Source of the DNA: Chromera velia
Lineage: Eukaryota
DNA: 53,223 nucleotides
Direction: 5' to 3'
NCBI GenBank assembly: GCA_018398765.1
Contig: JAHBMJ010000221.1
Span: 1-53,223 of the forward strand
Shown here: positions 33,407 through 46,010 of the stretch, one piece after another
Layout: each line of letters begins with the position of its first letter
Numbering within the stretch: position 1 is the first letter of the stretch
Program-made: the position numbers and the translations under genes
Notes under the pieces: generated by a model
What the model was told of the DNA's origin: nothing
What the model saw: only the letters and a program-made list of their open reading frames with translations
The model's database searches: none

Positions 33407-36400
33407 GTGGTCCCTATTGTGTTCTCCCTTTCTTCTCTCTGTCTCTCTCTTTTGTCTTCCGTTTTTATTTCTCCGGGTCTGTCTGTCTGTTCTGTTTTCC
33501 ATTCGTTCTTCCCTTTCCCCCCGTCCCTGCATGCAGATCCTTCCAAGCCTTCTCCCTTGCTCGTCGAGTCGCCTCAAGGAGACACCACACAGAGGCCTGT
33601 AGAGGAAGGGTAGAGACCTTCAATGTGTTGGAAAGGGCGTTGAATGACTTGAGGTCACCTGTGAGGGATGCCGCGTTCAGGCTGGCCGGCAGGAGACGGG
33701 GGAAGGCAGTTGACGAGGCTTTGAGGTATTTGGAGACTCTGGTGGGGTCTGAGGAGGGAGAGAAAATCGAAAAGGCTCTGCCGGATCTTCTCGCTTCTAG
33801 AGTTGCTTTGGCAGAGGAACGGTTGGTCTTCTCCTTTTTTGATTTCTTTCTTGCTCCTCTTTTGAGGTGTTGAGGGACAGGGGTGCAAATCTTAGGATTT
33901 CTTGACAGTTTGGCAGAGACGAAGAGGGGAGCAACAGATTAGATCCCTATCACAGAGACCTCAGTTCTTCTGTTCTCTATTTTATGTGTCCTGTTTTCTT
34001 TCTCGTGGTTTACCCCGCTAGCTTCTCCTGAGATGTCATCCGACCCCCACAATTCACCGTACATTCGCCCCTCTGCCTCGCTTCTGTCTGCACAGCGCCC
34101 CAAGGAATGGGCCCGTCCGCGCTCATTCTTCCATTCATCTTCCCTTTCCTCCCTTCCTTTCCCCTTTGTATGTGCATATGCAGTCTCCAGGCCAACAAGA
34201 AGACAATGGAACCCAAACGAATAGGCAGATTCCTCACACCAGGTCTGTCTGTGGGTCTACTGAAGGGGTGGATGCCTTCCTGCATACAGAGGCACACATG
34301 CAGAGTCGTCTTTCTGAGAGGTGTTTATTGTTTGAGAGCCGTCAACGTGCATTGAGATGTCCCGCATCGAGATGTCCCTCAAGACTCTGGTGCATCTCAG
34401 GAAGGAAGGAAGGAAGGGGGCGTGCCTGGTGCTGTGGGAATGGAAGGGAAAGCTTCGTTCACTTCCCCGCTCTCAGCTCTCTTTGTTCCGCTTTTCGAAG
34501 GTTTGTAGATACGCCTTTTTTTGGAATCTGCTTCTCCCTTTCTGCATCCATCTGCTTGTTGTTGGCCTTGATCAACAATCCTTTGCATGCCCGAAAAGTG
34601 ACCTGACTGAACTGCGTCGATCTCCGTGCAGGCCGTGTGGTGCTGGTGAAGTCGCCTCTGCAGGGGATTCCTCTCGGGTGGGGCGTGTGCGTGTCGTCAG
34701 TGCAGATCCGGCAAGCGTTCGTGCGTAGAAAGAAACGAAGGGGGGAGGAAGGAGACGGGGAGGGAGAAGGAGACGGGATGGCCGAGGAAGGAAGTGATGA
34801 TGGAGACGGGAAAGACGAACCTGGGGAGGGGGAGACGGATAGACCAGCGAAGAAAGCACGCAGAGAGGATGAAGGAGAGGGAGAGGGAGAGGACGTGGAT
34901 ATGGGGGTGTGTGGGTCTGAAGAGAAGGAGGGGGAGGGGGATGGAGGACCGTCATCATCTGCTGCTGAGGGGGGGGATGCGGGTGGTGGGGGTGATGAGG
35001 GGGACTTGTTTGATGCTTTTTTGGAGTCTGATGACGGCCCTTCGTTTTCCTCTGCGTGCATGGAGGGCCCCGGAAAGTCATCCGTGAAAGCGAAAAAAGT
35101 AGATCCGGAGACGGGGGAGTTGGTGCCAGCAGCCGGAGTCGGGGGGAAGTCGAAGGAAACGGAGGAGGAGACACTGTCGTTTCTTCTCTCTAAAGTCCGT
35201 CTGCCTCGAGAACGCTGGACAAACTTTCAGCAGGGGTGGCAGGTGATGGGAGAGAGGGCTCTGGGGAGGGTTGCGGTAGTGAAGGAGCAAACCCGCTTGG
35301 TTGCGTTGGGGAAGGGTAAAAGAGGGAAGATGGGCAATGGAAGTCAGCTTGTGGAGAAGTATTTGAGGAAGCCAGACTCTTATCGGCTTCGGACAGGGCC
35401 TCTGGACTTTGAGAAGCTGGAAGGGAGCAGTGAAGCTTTGGGAAAGGCGTTGTTCGTTGAGGTCTTCGTTGGGATTTCGTCGTCTGTCGTTGGAAAGGAA
35501 GAGAGTTCAGTTGAGAATAGGGGGGGTGAAAGTGGGAAGAATAAAGCTCAAAAGAATGTGGCGGCTCAAGCTGACGCCCCGCTTCTGCCCCTGGACGCAG
35601 ACAGCGTGAACAGAATTGCACCGCCTGGGTCTGTGGAGGACACGAGTTATGCGGTCAGTCCATTGCCCATTGGGGATAGAGACAGAATGAAGGGTTGCAA
35701 GGGGAATGTGTACTTAATTGTCGTGTATCTATCTGCTGCCTGTTGTTCAGCTGCATGGGAATAAAGCCGGTAGTAGCTTAGTATCGAGGATGCTCGATGC
35801 TGCGCACGGCCTTCAGTTGAAACGAGGAAAGGAGAGAAAATCATTGGTGGAGGGCTCTTGACGGTTCTTTCGTTTTCTTTTTCCTGTGGTTTACTTTTTT
35901 CTCTTCGCAGATTCTTCCAGTGCCACTGTCGGACATTATTGGAGTCTCAAAGGTTGGCGCGTTTTTCTTTTTTTGTGCGTATCTTCGGTTCTTTTCGGGT
36001 TTGACTTCCTGTTCCTTTATTCTTCGTGCTCACTTGAAGCTCCTTGTGGTCCTTCGCCTTTCTTGCCTTCCGTTCATTTTCTTTCACATGGGACCTTCTT
36101 ATTCTTCCGTCTCCGTTTGAATGTAAATTCGTTTCAGCTCTCGGCAGATAGATGCGGAGACGTCTTCTGTCCGCCCGTATGCATCCATGCAACAACTCTG
36201 ATGCATGGTGGATGGATGGATGCAGATGAGCTTTCGACTGAATTACCTCTCGCTGGCAGATGCATCGACGGACCCATACTTTGTCGCGGAGGTGAGGGAG
36301 GGGGGAGGTTCTTTCAAGAGATGCGTGACACACGCAGGCAAGACCAGCATGCATGCCTGAACAAACATCAAATACCTCCCTGCCTGCCTGCCTGCCTGTG

Positions 36401-38083
36401 GATGTTTGGGACTAGGGAGGCGTAGAGAGAGAGCCTGCAGGTCCTAAAGCTGAGGGCTGCACCCCCCGCAGTTTCGTGATCGAGAACGAACTCGTTGAAT
36501 TGGCAGCGCTTCTCTTTTCGTTCTTGCTTGCTTCTTCTTTCGCCTGTTTGTCGAGCAGATGGAGTTTTGTTTCTCTTTTTGCTCTCGTGTGCCTGCCTGT
36601 ATTTGTGTGCGTGCAGATGACAAGGCGACTTCGGTTTGTGGAGATTTGCCGTCAGACAGACAGTGAAGGAGGGGCGGTCCCCCCGACTACTCCTCCAGAG
36701 CAGAAAGTCTATTTGCAGAAGGGAGCGGCGATGCCTCTGTTGGACCCTGTAGGCGATTTGGGGTTCTCTGCAGAGGAAGCGGAAGAGATAAAAAGGTCAG
36801 TCAGTCAGTCAGATGGAATGGAAGGAGAGTGGCAAGGTGCACCTAGATGCACGTCGGGTCGGCACATTGATTGCATGAGAGGGGAATAGGGTCTCGGTTA
36901 TCCATCAATCAATACTTTCTTTCATGCTTGGTGCGCGTCGAGGTATTCCTTTTCCGAGTTTTCACTGTCTACCCTTCATGTTCACTCCTCATGTTTGCAT
37001 TGTCTGAGAGCGCCTTGACCCTGGCTCTCCTCTCTTTCTCTGGTGCTCCCGCGAGGGAACCCCGACATGGCCATCATTGGGTTCTATGCATGCGCGGTCT
37101 TTTTCTTTAATTCGCACGCGGTCTTCGGTTTCGATGCTTCCGTGCATGCATGCGGGGAGCATGAAAGTTCTCCTTCACTTCCCGTGCCGCTCTCTCGCGT
37201 GCTCGCAGCAGAGTGTGAAAGGGAGACAGCCAGCTCTCTTTGCTGAGGGGTGTGTGTGTTTGTCCTTCCAGTGCATGGGCCCAGACGGAAATTGGGTGCT
37301 CAATTTTTTCTTCTCCGTGTCTGTGCCGCTCGATCCCTTCTTGAGCCATGCAGCGTTAGGACAGGAGAGACCTACCCTGCCTGCCTGATGATCGATAAAA
37401 TCAAGTGGTACTTACTCATGCATCGAGTGGGTTCATTTCCCCATGCAGGCCTGCATGCTGTTTGCTTGCCTGATAGTGGATTCTTTTCTTTTTCCTTCCT
37501 TCCTTCCTTCCTTCCTTCCTTCCTTTATTGTTGCAGAAGACTCGAGACAGCCGAACAGAAGGCACGGGACGCAGCCGTGCGAGTGGGACCTTTTTTGGAC
37601 CTTCTATGGCCTTTGTGAGTCTTTTTTCTTTGTTTGCTGATTTATTTTTTGGTTTGATGTTTCTTTTGGGGGTCTTCTTTAGTTGTTTGAATTCTATGAC
37701 CCTAGTTACTGCTTTTGTTCTTACCGCATCCGATCGAAGGTCCGAGTGCTCTGACTGGTCTTTTCTTCTCTTCTCACCTCTCTTCTTGTCTTCCCTTCTC
37801 TTCTCTTCTCTTCTCTTCTCTTCTCACCTCTCCTCTTGTCTTCCCTTCTAGGCTCGCGGTCATCTGCGGATTCTCTTTTGCACAGAGGCCGTTGGATGTG
37901 TGATATAGTAGTGTATGGTTGGAAGTCTCTTCTCTCTTCGGTTGTTTTCTCTCTCTTCCATTCTTTCCTGCCTGCAGTCAATTGGAGAAAGCCTCCCTCC
38001 AGACAGCGCTCTCTGTGCTGGAGGCAGAAGTCGAGAGGGACCGAGTGAGCCTCTCTCGGGTCCGTCGTTCCTTCCTTCCTTCA

Positions 38084-38122
<39 letters not shown>

Positions 38123-39818
38123 CATGTGGCATGCTGCATGCAGTACCTGTGTGGGGGTGAGTGGGTGGGTCCTTTGTGCTTCTTCTTCTTCCTCTTCCTC
38201 TTTTTCTTATTATTATTGCTCCTCTTCCTCCTGTGCTCTTTTATCGCTCTTGCTTGGTGATAGATAGATTATTTGAAGGCCTCTGAGAGAGACAGAGTAC
38301 GTAGAAGAAATGTGTGGGACAAAGGGAAGCCGCCCAGGAAGGAGAGATCTGATTGATGAAGGAGACTGCCTCGAGGACAGGACTCGAACGAAGCTGTGAT
38401 TCATCCTTTTATCTGCCTCTGAGACTTCTCACGAACATTCTGCCTGCCTGCATACCCTCTCCCCCGTCCCTTAATTCCCTTAATTCTATGCGTGTCAGGA
38501 TGACCAACGGAGGAAGCTCCGTCTGTTCGCGCGACTGGGCCTCGTCTCCTTTGAGTCCTCTGCCTCTTTTGGTTCTGCTTCTTCTGACGGCCTCAGTGGG
38601 GGTGCCATTAGAACCGAAGTTCCGATTCTGACCTCAAAGGGGCGGGCTGCCTGTCTGATTGCCTCGGCAGACGAACTCCTTACAACGGAGCTTCTTGTTG
38701 ACGACAGACTCCCCTCTCTTCCAGTCCGTCTGCTCTCTCTCTCTCTCTCTCTCTCGAGCTGTATGGCAAGCTTGGCACTCCAGTGTGTGTTCAAACAGGA
38801 CGCAAGCCCTACCTCACAAATTCTTTTTTTCTTGCGACCACCAAACATCTCCTTGACCAACCAACCAACCAAGCCCATGCATGTTCATTCACCTCCCTAG
38901 CTCCCATGTTGCTTGCCTGTTCCATTTTTCTGCATGCATGGGAGTGAGGGGCAATTGTTGTTGACTTCTTGTGCAAAGACGACCTTAATTGGTTTGGACA
39001 CCTCTTCACTCTTCGTTGTGACTCACTCATTTCGAACTCGCACCTCGTCGATAAGTGTTCAGTTCAAATCAATCGACAGATGGATGGATGGATGGATGGA
39101 TGGATGGAAACCGATGTTCTTTCTTTCTTTCTTTCTTTTTTTCACTCGACATATATGTATGTGCAGGAGGATCGGCTGGTAGCGGCCTTGAGTTCTCTGG
39201 TGCTGTCTGAGTCTTTCAAGGACGTCGCGCTCTCTGAGGGGAGCCAGAGGGACTTCGAGGACATCGTGCTGGTCGGACAGACAGCCTGGACAGAACAGAA
39301 AAGAAAAGAAACAACAAACAATTCAGGCAGGCAGGCAGGCAAAAAGATCGATCGAGGAAGAGAAAAAAATGCCGTTTTTCTTCTTTCGAGAGTGCCCCCT
39401 GAGAGAGTATCTATCTGTTTAGGCAAGCCTCTACAGGTGTCTCGGCCTCCCTTCATTTTGCCTTTCATTTGTCATTTGGCCGTTGGTGCCACTCGACTCA
39501 CACCGTGTTTCTTTTCTTTCTCCATGTTCCGCCGCGCTTTTGGTGCTGCAGAAGTATCATGGTTGGTTTCCTTCTGCCCTCTGCACTTGTGCTGTCCCGT
39601 TGTGCAAAACATAGAGATGCAAACCCAACTAAACTTATAAAGCAGTTTACACTTCCCTGACTAACGAATCGGGTCAAGGCAAGCTGACAAGGACGTGACG
39701 AAATGCATGTGCAAACTGTCTCTGTGTGAACAGGCAAAGGCAGAGGCAGTCGCGGAAGCAACGAAGGCAGAGGGAATCGAATTTGACCAGACGAAATTCG
39801 TCGAGGGATTCCACAAAG

Positions 39819-39868
<50 letters not shown>

Positions 39869-39892
39869 GTGTGTGTGTGTGTGTATGTGTAT

Positions 39893-39926
<34 letters not shown>

Positions 39927-39954
39927 CTCTCTCTCTCTCTCTCTCTCTGTGTGT

Positions 39955-39988
<34 letters not shown>

Positions 39989-42214
39989 AAGAGGGAAAGG
40001 GTGCGAAGGTGTCTGCCTGGTTCCCCCCCCTGCTTCCGCCCATTCACACATCCCTCCACGTTCTGCCCCCCCCTGTTGGGTTCAAAATGCCGCACTTCTC
40101 CACTCTTGACAACGACATGAATTTCAAATGACGTGAGTATCAGCATAATCTGGTAGGACGCAATTCTCATTGTTCTCGATCCTCCTGCCCCCCTTCCCGC
40201 GCTTTTTCTCTTTAGATGATGGACTTCATTCTCGTGTGGATGGAAGGGAAGACATACGCAGAGGCACGGACAAAAATCCCCAACGCCCACGACGGGGTGA
40301 TCATCAGGTGCATGAGGTGCGTCTCTCTCTCTCTTCGTCTGTCCGTCCGTCCCAGCTGCATGTGGGCTTCAGTGGTTTGCTTTTGGTTTCTCTGTGGCTT
40401 CGTCCTTCCTTTCCCTTCTTGCCTGGTTTTTTCGTTCGTCGTGTTCCTGACCTCCCAGTGTCTCCGTTGCGTTCAACTTCGACCCATGGAGATGCCTGCA
40501 TGTCCTCCGCTCCCCCTGTACCTGGAGGGAGGCTCCCCTCGATCTGGGATTCTGCTAGGCAGAATATTGAGTAGTAATGTTCCGAGCTGCTTTTTTGATT
40601 TGGGTTTGCTCGCCAACATGCGAGGCTCTCTGCTCAAATTTGAATACGCTCCTACACATGCATGCAGATTTACGCAGAAAGTGAAAGAGAGACCTTGTCG
40701 GAGATGGTCTTCCTCATTCCATTCGTGTGGCTGAGCCCATTTGCATGTGCATCTGTATGCCAAGAGACACAGACCGTGCATGCCTGTGCGTGACTCTCTG
40801 TGTTGGTACTGAAAAAAGAAGAAAGTGTACGTGTGGAATGAATGTGGAAGCAGATCCATGGACCAACTTCTGAAAGAGATGATTCTTGCCAGTGAGGCAC
40901 TCGGTCAGTCAGTCAGTCAGTCAGTCGGTCGGTGTACTATTCAACTAGGATTTCTCGGCCTGTCTGCCTAAGTGGGTGTTTGTCTTATGAGACTGCCAGT
41001 GTATCCCTGGAAGTCTTTCTCTTTCTGTGTTTGCCTCGGTCTTAATTTCTTTTCGGCTTCCTCGGTCTCCCTGTCCGGCTGGCTGCCTTACCTGTTTTGG
41101 GCTGCATGTCCAAGAGCAGAAAGAGAGATCGATGGGTGCATGTAGATGATCAAATTTTTCTTCATCGATTTGGACGGCAACTAGCCTGTCTGTCTGTCCA
41201 TCGAACACATGCATGTACATCCCGGTTCTGAGAGAATGGAAGGGACTAGGCACATGCAAAGCAGACAGAATCCGTTGGATGACCCCTCTCCCCGTCCCAC
41301 TGCATGCCCGAATTGGCAAGCTGCCGGGCCGATCGATCGATCGATGGATGTGCATGTCTCCTCCCTTCCTTCTTTCCTTCCTTCTCCCAGCCCGAGGTAG
41401 CATTCCTTCCTTTCTTCCTCTCTGCATGAATGAGGGAATTCGAAGCTCTCGATCTAGTTTGTCTTTTTGTCCTTTCATGCGATCGTTATCTATCTGCCCA
41501 CCTGTCCATTCCACTAGTTATTCGCTTCAAGCTTCGCCGTTATGTGCATGCCAGCTAGCCTCAGTGTTTTTTCTCTTTTTTTCTTTTTTGGACTTTTCGA
41601 CTTCCCACGCGGTGGCTGTGCGGGTCAGCTCCTCCGTTGAAGGTTTTTTGTTTCGGTCTGCGAGCGGCGGTGTACGAAAAGAAAAGACCTTCCATGCAAC
41701 TCCACAGCCCCACGCGGGCCTGGAAAGCGGCAGAGAGAGAGAGGGAGGCAGGGAACAGGGGCTCGGCCGGTTGGGTGCATTGAGGGGCTAGGGGGTAGCT
41801 TGGTTGAAGTGCATGCAGCTCTATCTCTGTTTTTCTCGATCGGCATGCGTCCAACTGATGATCGGGAGAAGTGCATGATTTTTTTCGACATTGTGCAGCA
41901 AATGATAGGCAAGCTCGAGATATGAAAGGGATAAAGAACAGTAAGGCATTCATCGCACAAAAGAGAAGAGAGGAGGAGCAAGGGAGTAGCAGAAGGGAAA
42001 ATTGAGAAAGATACGTTCGTTCGCCTTTTGGGTTGGAAAGGAGACATTAATGCCTTCATTCATTCATTTACACCTGCTCCTTTCCTTTCTTGTTGCTGCC
42101 GCATGAACCCTTTTGTCTGTTCTGTCAGGAATGACGCCTGTCCTGGAGAAATTGCGGTCGGCCCGGCAGAAATTTCGACGGGGAATTGCATTTTCTGCGT
42201 CTCTGTACCTCTAG
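29651..42214 (+). CDS. MTR4: MTR4/Ski2-family DExH-box RNA helicase (nuclear exosome cofactor-like), about 17 exons
   Basis: Exons read manually: 29651-30196 ([37 protein letters not shown]); 30478-30759 (DEVHY, SATIPN, RPVPL); 31167-31331; 31782-32058 (GVGVHHAG); 32472-32874 ([27 protein letters not shown]); 33537-33821; 34184-34242; 34632-35653 (KOW-like GRVV..WGV); 35911-35952; 36617-36795 (PLLDP); 37537-~37580; ~37978-38045; 38499-38723 ([14 protein letters not shown]); 39167-39271; 39734-39820; 40216-40316; 40854-40903; 42129-42214 ending [16 protein letters not shown], the typical MTR4/Ski2 C-terminus. Junctions around 37580-37980 are uncertain. Confidence 0.92.
33250..33405. repeat. 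Intronic (CTTT)n/(CT)n polypyrimidine array
   Basis: Directly visible; it generates the spurious K/E/R-rich and F/L/S-rich ORFs in the track. Confidence 0.9.
39821..39990. repeat. Compound (GT)n-(CT)n-(GT)n-(GA)n microsatellite starting at a splice donor
   Basis: Directly visible; the GT of the donor after exon 39734-39820 is the first repeat unit. Confidence 0.9.
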
Positions 42215-43330
42215 ACCTCAAAAAAACTGGGTGAGATGGGTGGACGTTGTCTGTTCTGCTCTTTGTCTCCTGTCGACAAACCTCGATCCATCTGTGTGTC
42301 AGTAAATTAGTCAGGTAGTCAGTTGATCATTCGCGATCTATATTCAGAGAGCTTCTTGCCAGTTTTTCGTCTCTTAAATGGAAGGAACGATGGCCGGCCG
42401 GGTCCCTCCAGCTTCCAGCCAGACAGCTTGATCAGGTCCGGTCCGAGGCGGTTGAGATCAAGACTAGGATTGTTGTATCTTCGGCCGTCTGTGACAGAGG
42501 AGAGGCGCCGTTGTGAGTCCCGTCTGTCGAGAGTTTGCAGCTTTGATACAGCCAGCTATGGATCAGATCTCTCAAAGGTTGCAAAGCAGCCAAGGACTTG
42601 CTTGACTGTACTTCTCTGCCCGTGCAATTTGACTTGGAGTATTTCTGGGACGCGTCGGGCGACTAGACTAGACTAGCCACAGCGCTGTGTACTGCGAACT
42701 TGTAGCAGAAACATTTCAGAAAAATTGAATCAATCGAACTTCTGGTAGCAAGCACGGCATTGTTTGGAACAGAACAGAAGAAAAGCGAAGAAGAGAGAGA
42801 AGAAAGAACCGAACAAAGCTTGAAGAAACCTGTAGGAAAAAACTTGAAAAGTAGCTTGAATTCTAGCTTGAACTACAGCTTGAATTGAGACTAAAGTTCA
42901 CCGAACGGCTCATTTAAATTTGAATGGTGCATATAAGTGATAAGTAAAATAACAGTAGCAATGTTCAAAAAAAAATAAAAACAAAAAAGTGAAAAGCCTT
43001 TTAGTTTTTTTTTTTTTTAGAAGACAAACGTGTGAAACTTTTTCTGAAAGACAATTCGTGACCTAGTTTGTGACAGTCTAAAGTCCGCCTAGCACTCCTA
43101 CACAGTAGTACTGTGAATAAGGACCCTAATGCTAGCCCTAATGATACTTTATACTAGACTTTACATTCAGTCTAGCAAATTCCGAGTCAAATCACAACAG
43201 CAACAACCCGTGGGGACCAACCTTACATCCATGTGATCGCAGCCCAACATCCACCTCATACGATCCATCCCCCTATCCCCATACCCCCCCAACCGCTTTA
43301 TCCCTCCCTCTCCAACCGCTTTATCCCTCT

Positions 43331-45800
43331 GTGGAACCGACCCCAACCATCCTCTCAGACCTTTACATGCCACCGGTGAACCCTTATCCACATATACAAA
43401 GAGAAGCCATCCAACACCTCCACCTCCACACCCATTCATCCAACCATCCCCCAGCAATCCCCCCTCCCCAGCACGGACTGTACTGTCCACCGGTAGTTAC
43501 TAGGATTCCCACCGTGGAGCAGGCCAAACACCCCCGAAACAGCTCCGAGCCCCCGTCCACCCCCTCCCCACCCACAGTGCTCTTAGCCGATAAATCGGAT
43601 GAGCGTACCCCCCCTAGCTTCCCCTCCCGGATCTCCCTCCTCGAAATTAGCCCCACCACCCTCCCTGCCCTTACAGAGGAATTCGAAAAAATCTGTAACA
43701 GGAATGCCTCCCACGACGGATCAAGAGGTCCTGGCCCCTCCAAACTCATCCAATCCATCAATAACCAAGTCAACCTACTTATCCCCCACCCTCGGCCATA
43801 CGGTACCCCCATCACCACCCTCATTAACACACACCCACCAATGGACCCCTTTCGCATGCATTACCTCCAATTTCTGATTTCCATGGCCGCCAACTCCTCT
43901 GAAACCCAAAGAACCATAGCATCCACCAGAACTCATACCGACATCATTATTGCCCCTAGTATATACCCTCTAAACCTCCCTACACAGACCTTTATGACCC
44001 ATTGGCAGGCCTCCTTCAACCCACTTTCAACCCTCCCCATATACCACACATTGGCCTACAAAACAACACCGCAGACGCCAACCACAGCACCCCACAAAAA
44101 TTTGACGATCACGGCTGGCAGACCTTCTTCGACCAACCCCTGAGTATACCAGCCATGCTGTCTAAACCTTCAGAATGACTGTCTGCGCGGCATACACATA
44201 TAGATCGTAAGGTCGCATCGGCGTGTCCCTTGCACGAACCCGGTCGGGCACGTGCACCGTGGTTCGTGACGATAAGGTCGGTGCCTTCGGCATCAACCTT
44301 CGCCTTAGACAACTCTTAATAACTGCCTGGGGCTTCGCCCCAGGCAGCTCTATATAAACTTAGGCAAAACCACCTGGGGTCGCCCCAGACGGCCCTGGCG
44401 GGCCGCCTGCGGCGTGCCTGGGGTACCCCAGACGCCCCAGGCAGGTTTAGACAGCATGACACCGGCCCCCTTGTGCGGATGAATGGAATTAGGAACCCAC
44501 CGACGTATCTCTCTTAGTGAATTCACCTTCTTCCTGGCCCTCACCACTCTTCCTAGCCCCACAGCTATACCTGTACTCACAGATAAACATATTCACTCCC
44601 CTACACCACCATAGCCTACCTCTCTGCATCTCCCCCTCCAGCCACGCACCTGGTACCCATGCCTGACCTCCCTCCTTATCATTGACCCCCCCATCACCCA
44701 ACTCATATGCAAGTCACTGTAGCATCAAGCGACCCGCTACCATCGAGAATAGGATGGTAACCACCCCTTCCCCACCCCCCCGGAGGGGAACCTTCCTGGA
44801 CCCAAACAAACTGGAAGGGCACCCACGTCCCCTGATATCCACTTATTCCTCATTCCGGCCCTCCTCCCACTATTAGATACTTTTGTCCTCATCATCTTCT
44901 ACCGTTCACCCCTCAACCTTCCCCCCCCCTGACAGGCGTTTGCGGCTTTCCCCCTTCTTCCTCCAACAAAGGACCTGCAGAGACAACTCGGACAACATAT
45001 CTGGAAACTTTTTTCACTATGTACTTCCCCGCACAGCACTGAAAGCTATGCTCTGACGTGCACCCAGGGTGGCTGGAGGGTATTATACCCTCTACCAACA
45101 TCGCCCCCTCCTCTTCTACAAACACCCCCCCAATGTCATCATACCTAACACGTGGACACCTTTCTGGCTAGACCAAGGAGGACTACAAGGGTACTCATAC
45201 AGTGCTTTATCTTACCACTACGCCACCGTAGAACCCCTGCTGTAACTGTAAGATAGACTTGATCAGATTGACTCCACCCTCTCCTCTATTACCAAAGCGG
45301 ACGCAGATAACCTCACGGTAGTATCAACCTTCTCACACCGCTCCGAAGTTCTCACCGCCACCAATGAAGCTTGGACTACCCCCATCGGTGATCAGCAAGC
45401 CCTGCTCCTATACAAGTGTGGCTTCTACCAGGGATCTACCTCTCACAAGCAGTGAAACTCACCCCAACCGATAAGGAGAGACTCCTAGCGGAACTCAAAC
45501 TATATCACCCCAACCCTATCCTCTTGACTGAAAGATTCCAGCTGGCAGGAGCTCCAGAACATGGAACCCTCCAATATTAAGTGAACTTTGTCGGGAAGAA
45601 AGTGGATAAAATTGACAAGTTATGGCAGGAAATCGATCGCTTCATACAGGATGATCTGGACAGAGCTCACCTCGCATTCATATTGGCACGCGCATGCATC
45701 CTTCCATGAATGACCTGGCTTATGAAGCTAGTCCCCCTCACCTACCCAGACCTGACCGAACAGTTTGAGCGGGCTCATAAGCTCAATGTCCACTACTACT
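43331..45800 (+). mobile_element. Degenerate non-LTR retrotransposon (CRE-like) reverse transcriptase relic
   Basis: GPGPS pre-RT motif in ORF 43331..44143. The frame of codon 45162 reads ISGNFFHYVLPRTALKAML*RAP...QGGLQGYSYSAL...LL*L*...KADADNLTVV (degenerate QG and YADD motifs, 45300-45311) and then KC. A second frame from 45650 reads AHLAFILARACILP*MTWLMKLVP, resembling the post-RT region of CRE-clade elements. Boundaries approximate. Confidence 0.7.
44154..44458. mobile_element. 305-bp hAT-type MITE nested in the RT relic
   Basis: Perfect 16-bp TIRs CATGCTGTCTAAACCT (44154-44169) and AGGTTTAGACAGCATG (44443-44458). 8-bp TSD ATACCAGC vs ACACCGGC. Internal CCTGGGG/CCCCAG subterminal repeats. 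Confidence 0.82.
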
Positions 45801-45884
45801 AATTAAAGGCTCATACACCTCAAAACCCCCTCCTCCCATTTTAAACAACTTCAATGGGTGCATGTTCAGTGCCCAACTCGCACT

Positions 45885-46010
45885 CTTAACCCGACTACAC
45901 ATATGAACCCGCGGTTGTACACAAGTTTACAGGTAGGACCCCAGATTTTTACGGGGTGCCACCGGGCTGGTACCCGTTTTAAACCCGCTTGAACCGGGTT
46001 CAAACCCGAA
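45885..46010. repeat. Cluster of ACCCG/CGGG motifs, probably the subterminal region of a DNA transposon end
   Basis: About five ACCCG copies plus inverted copies in 125 bp, right after the RT relic ends. The partner end was not found. Confidence 0.3.

Noticed and set aside
42292..42690. Possible solo LTR just downstream of MTR4, flanked by CTGTGT
   Set aside because: The ends do not give a clean TG...CA with matching TSD, and there is no second copy in the window.
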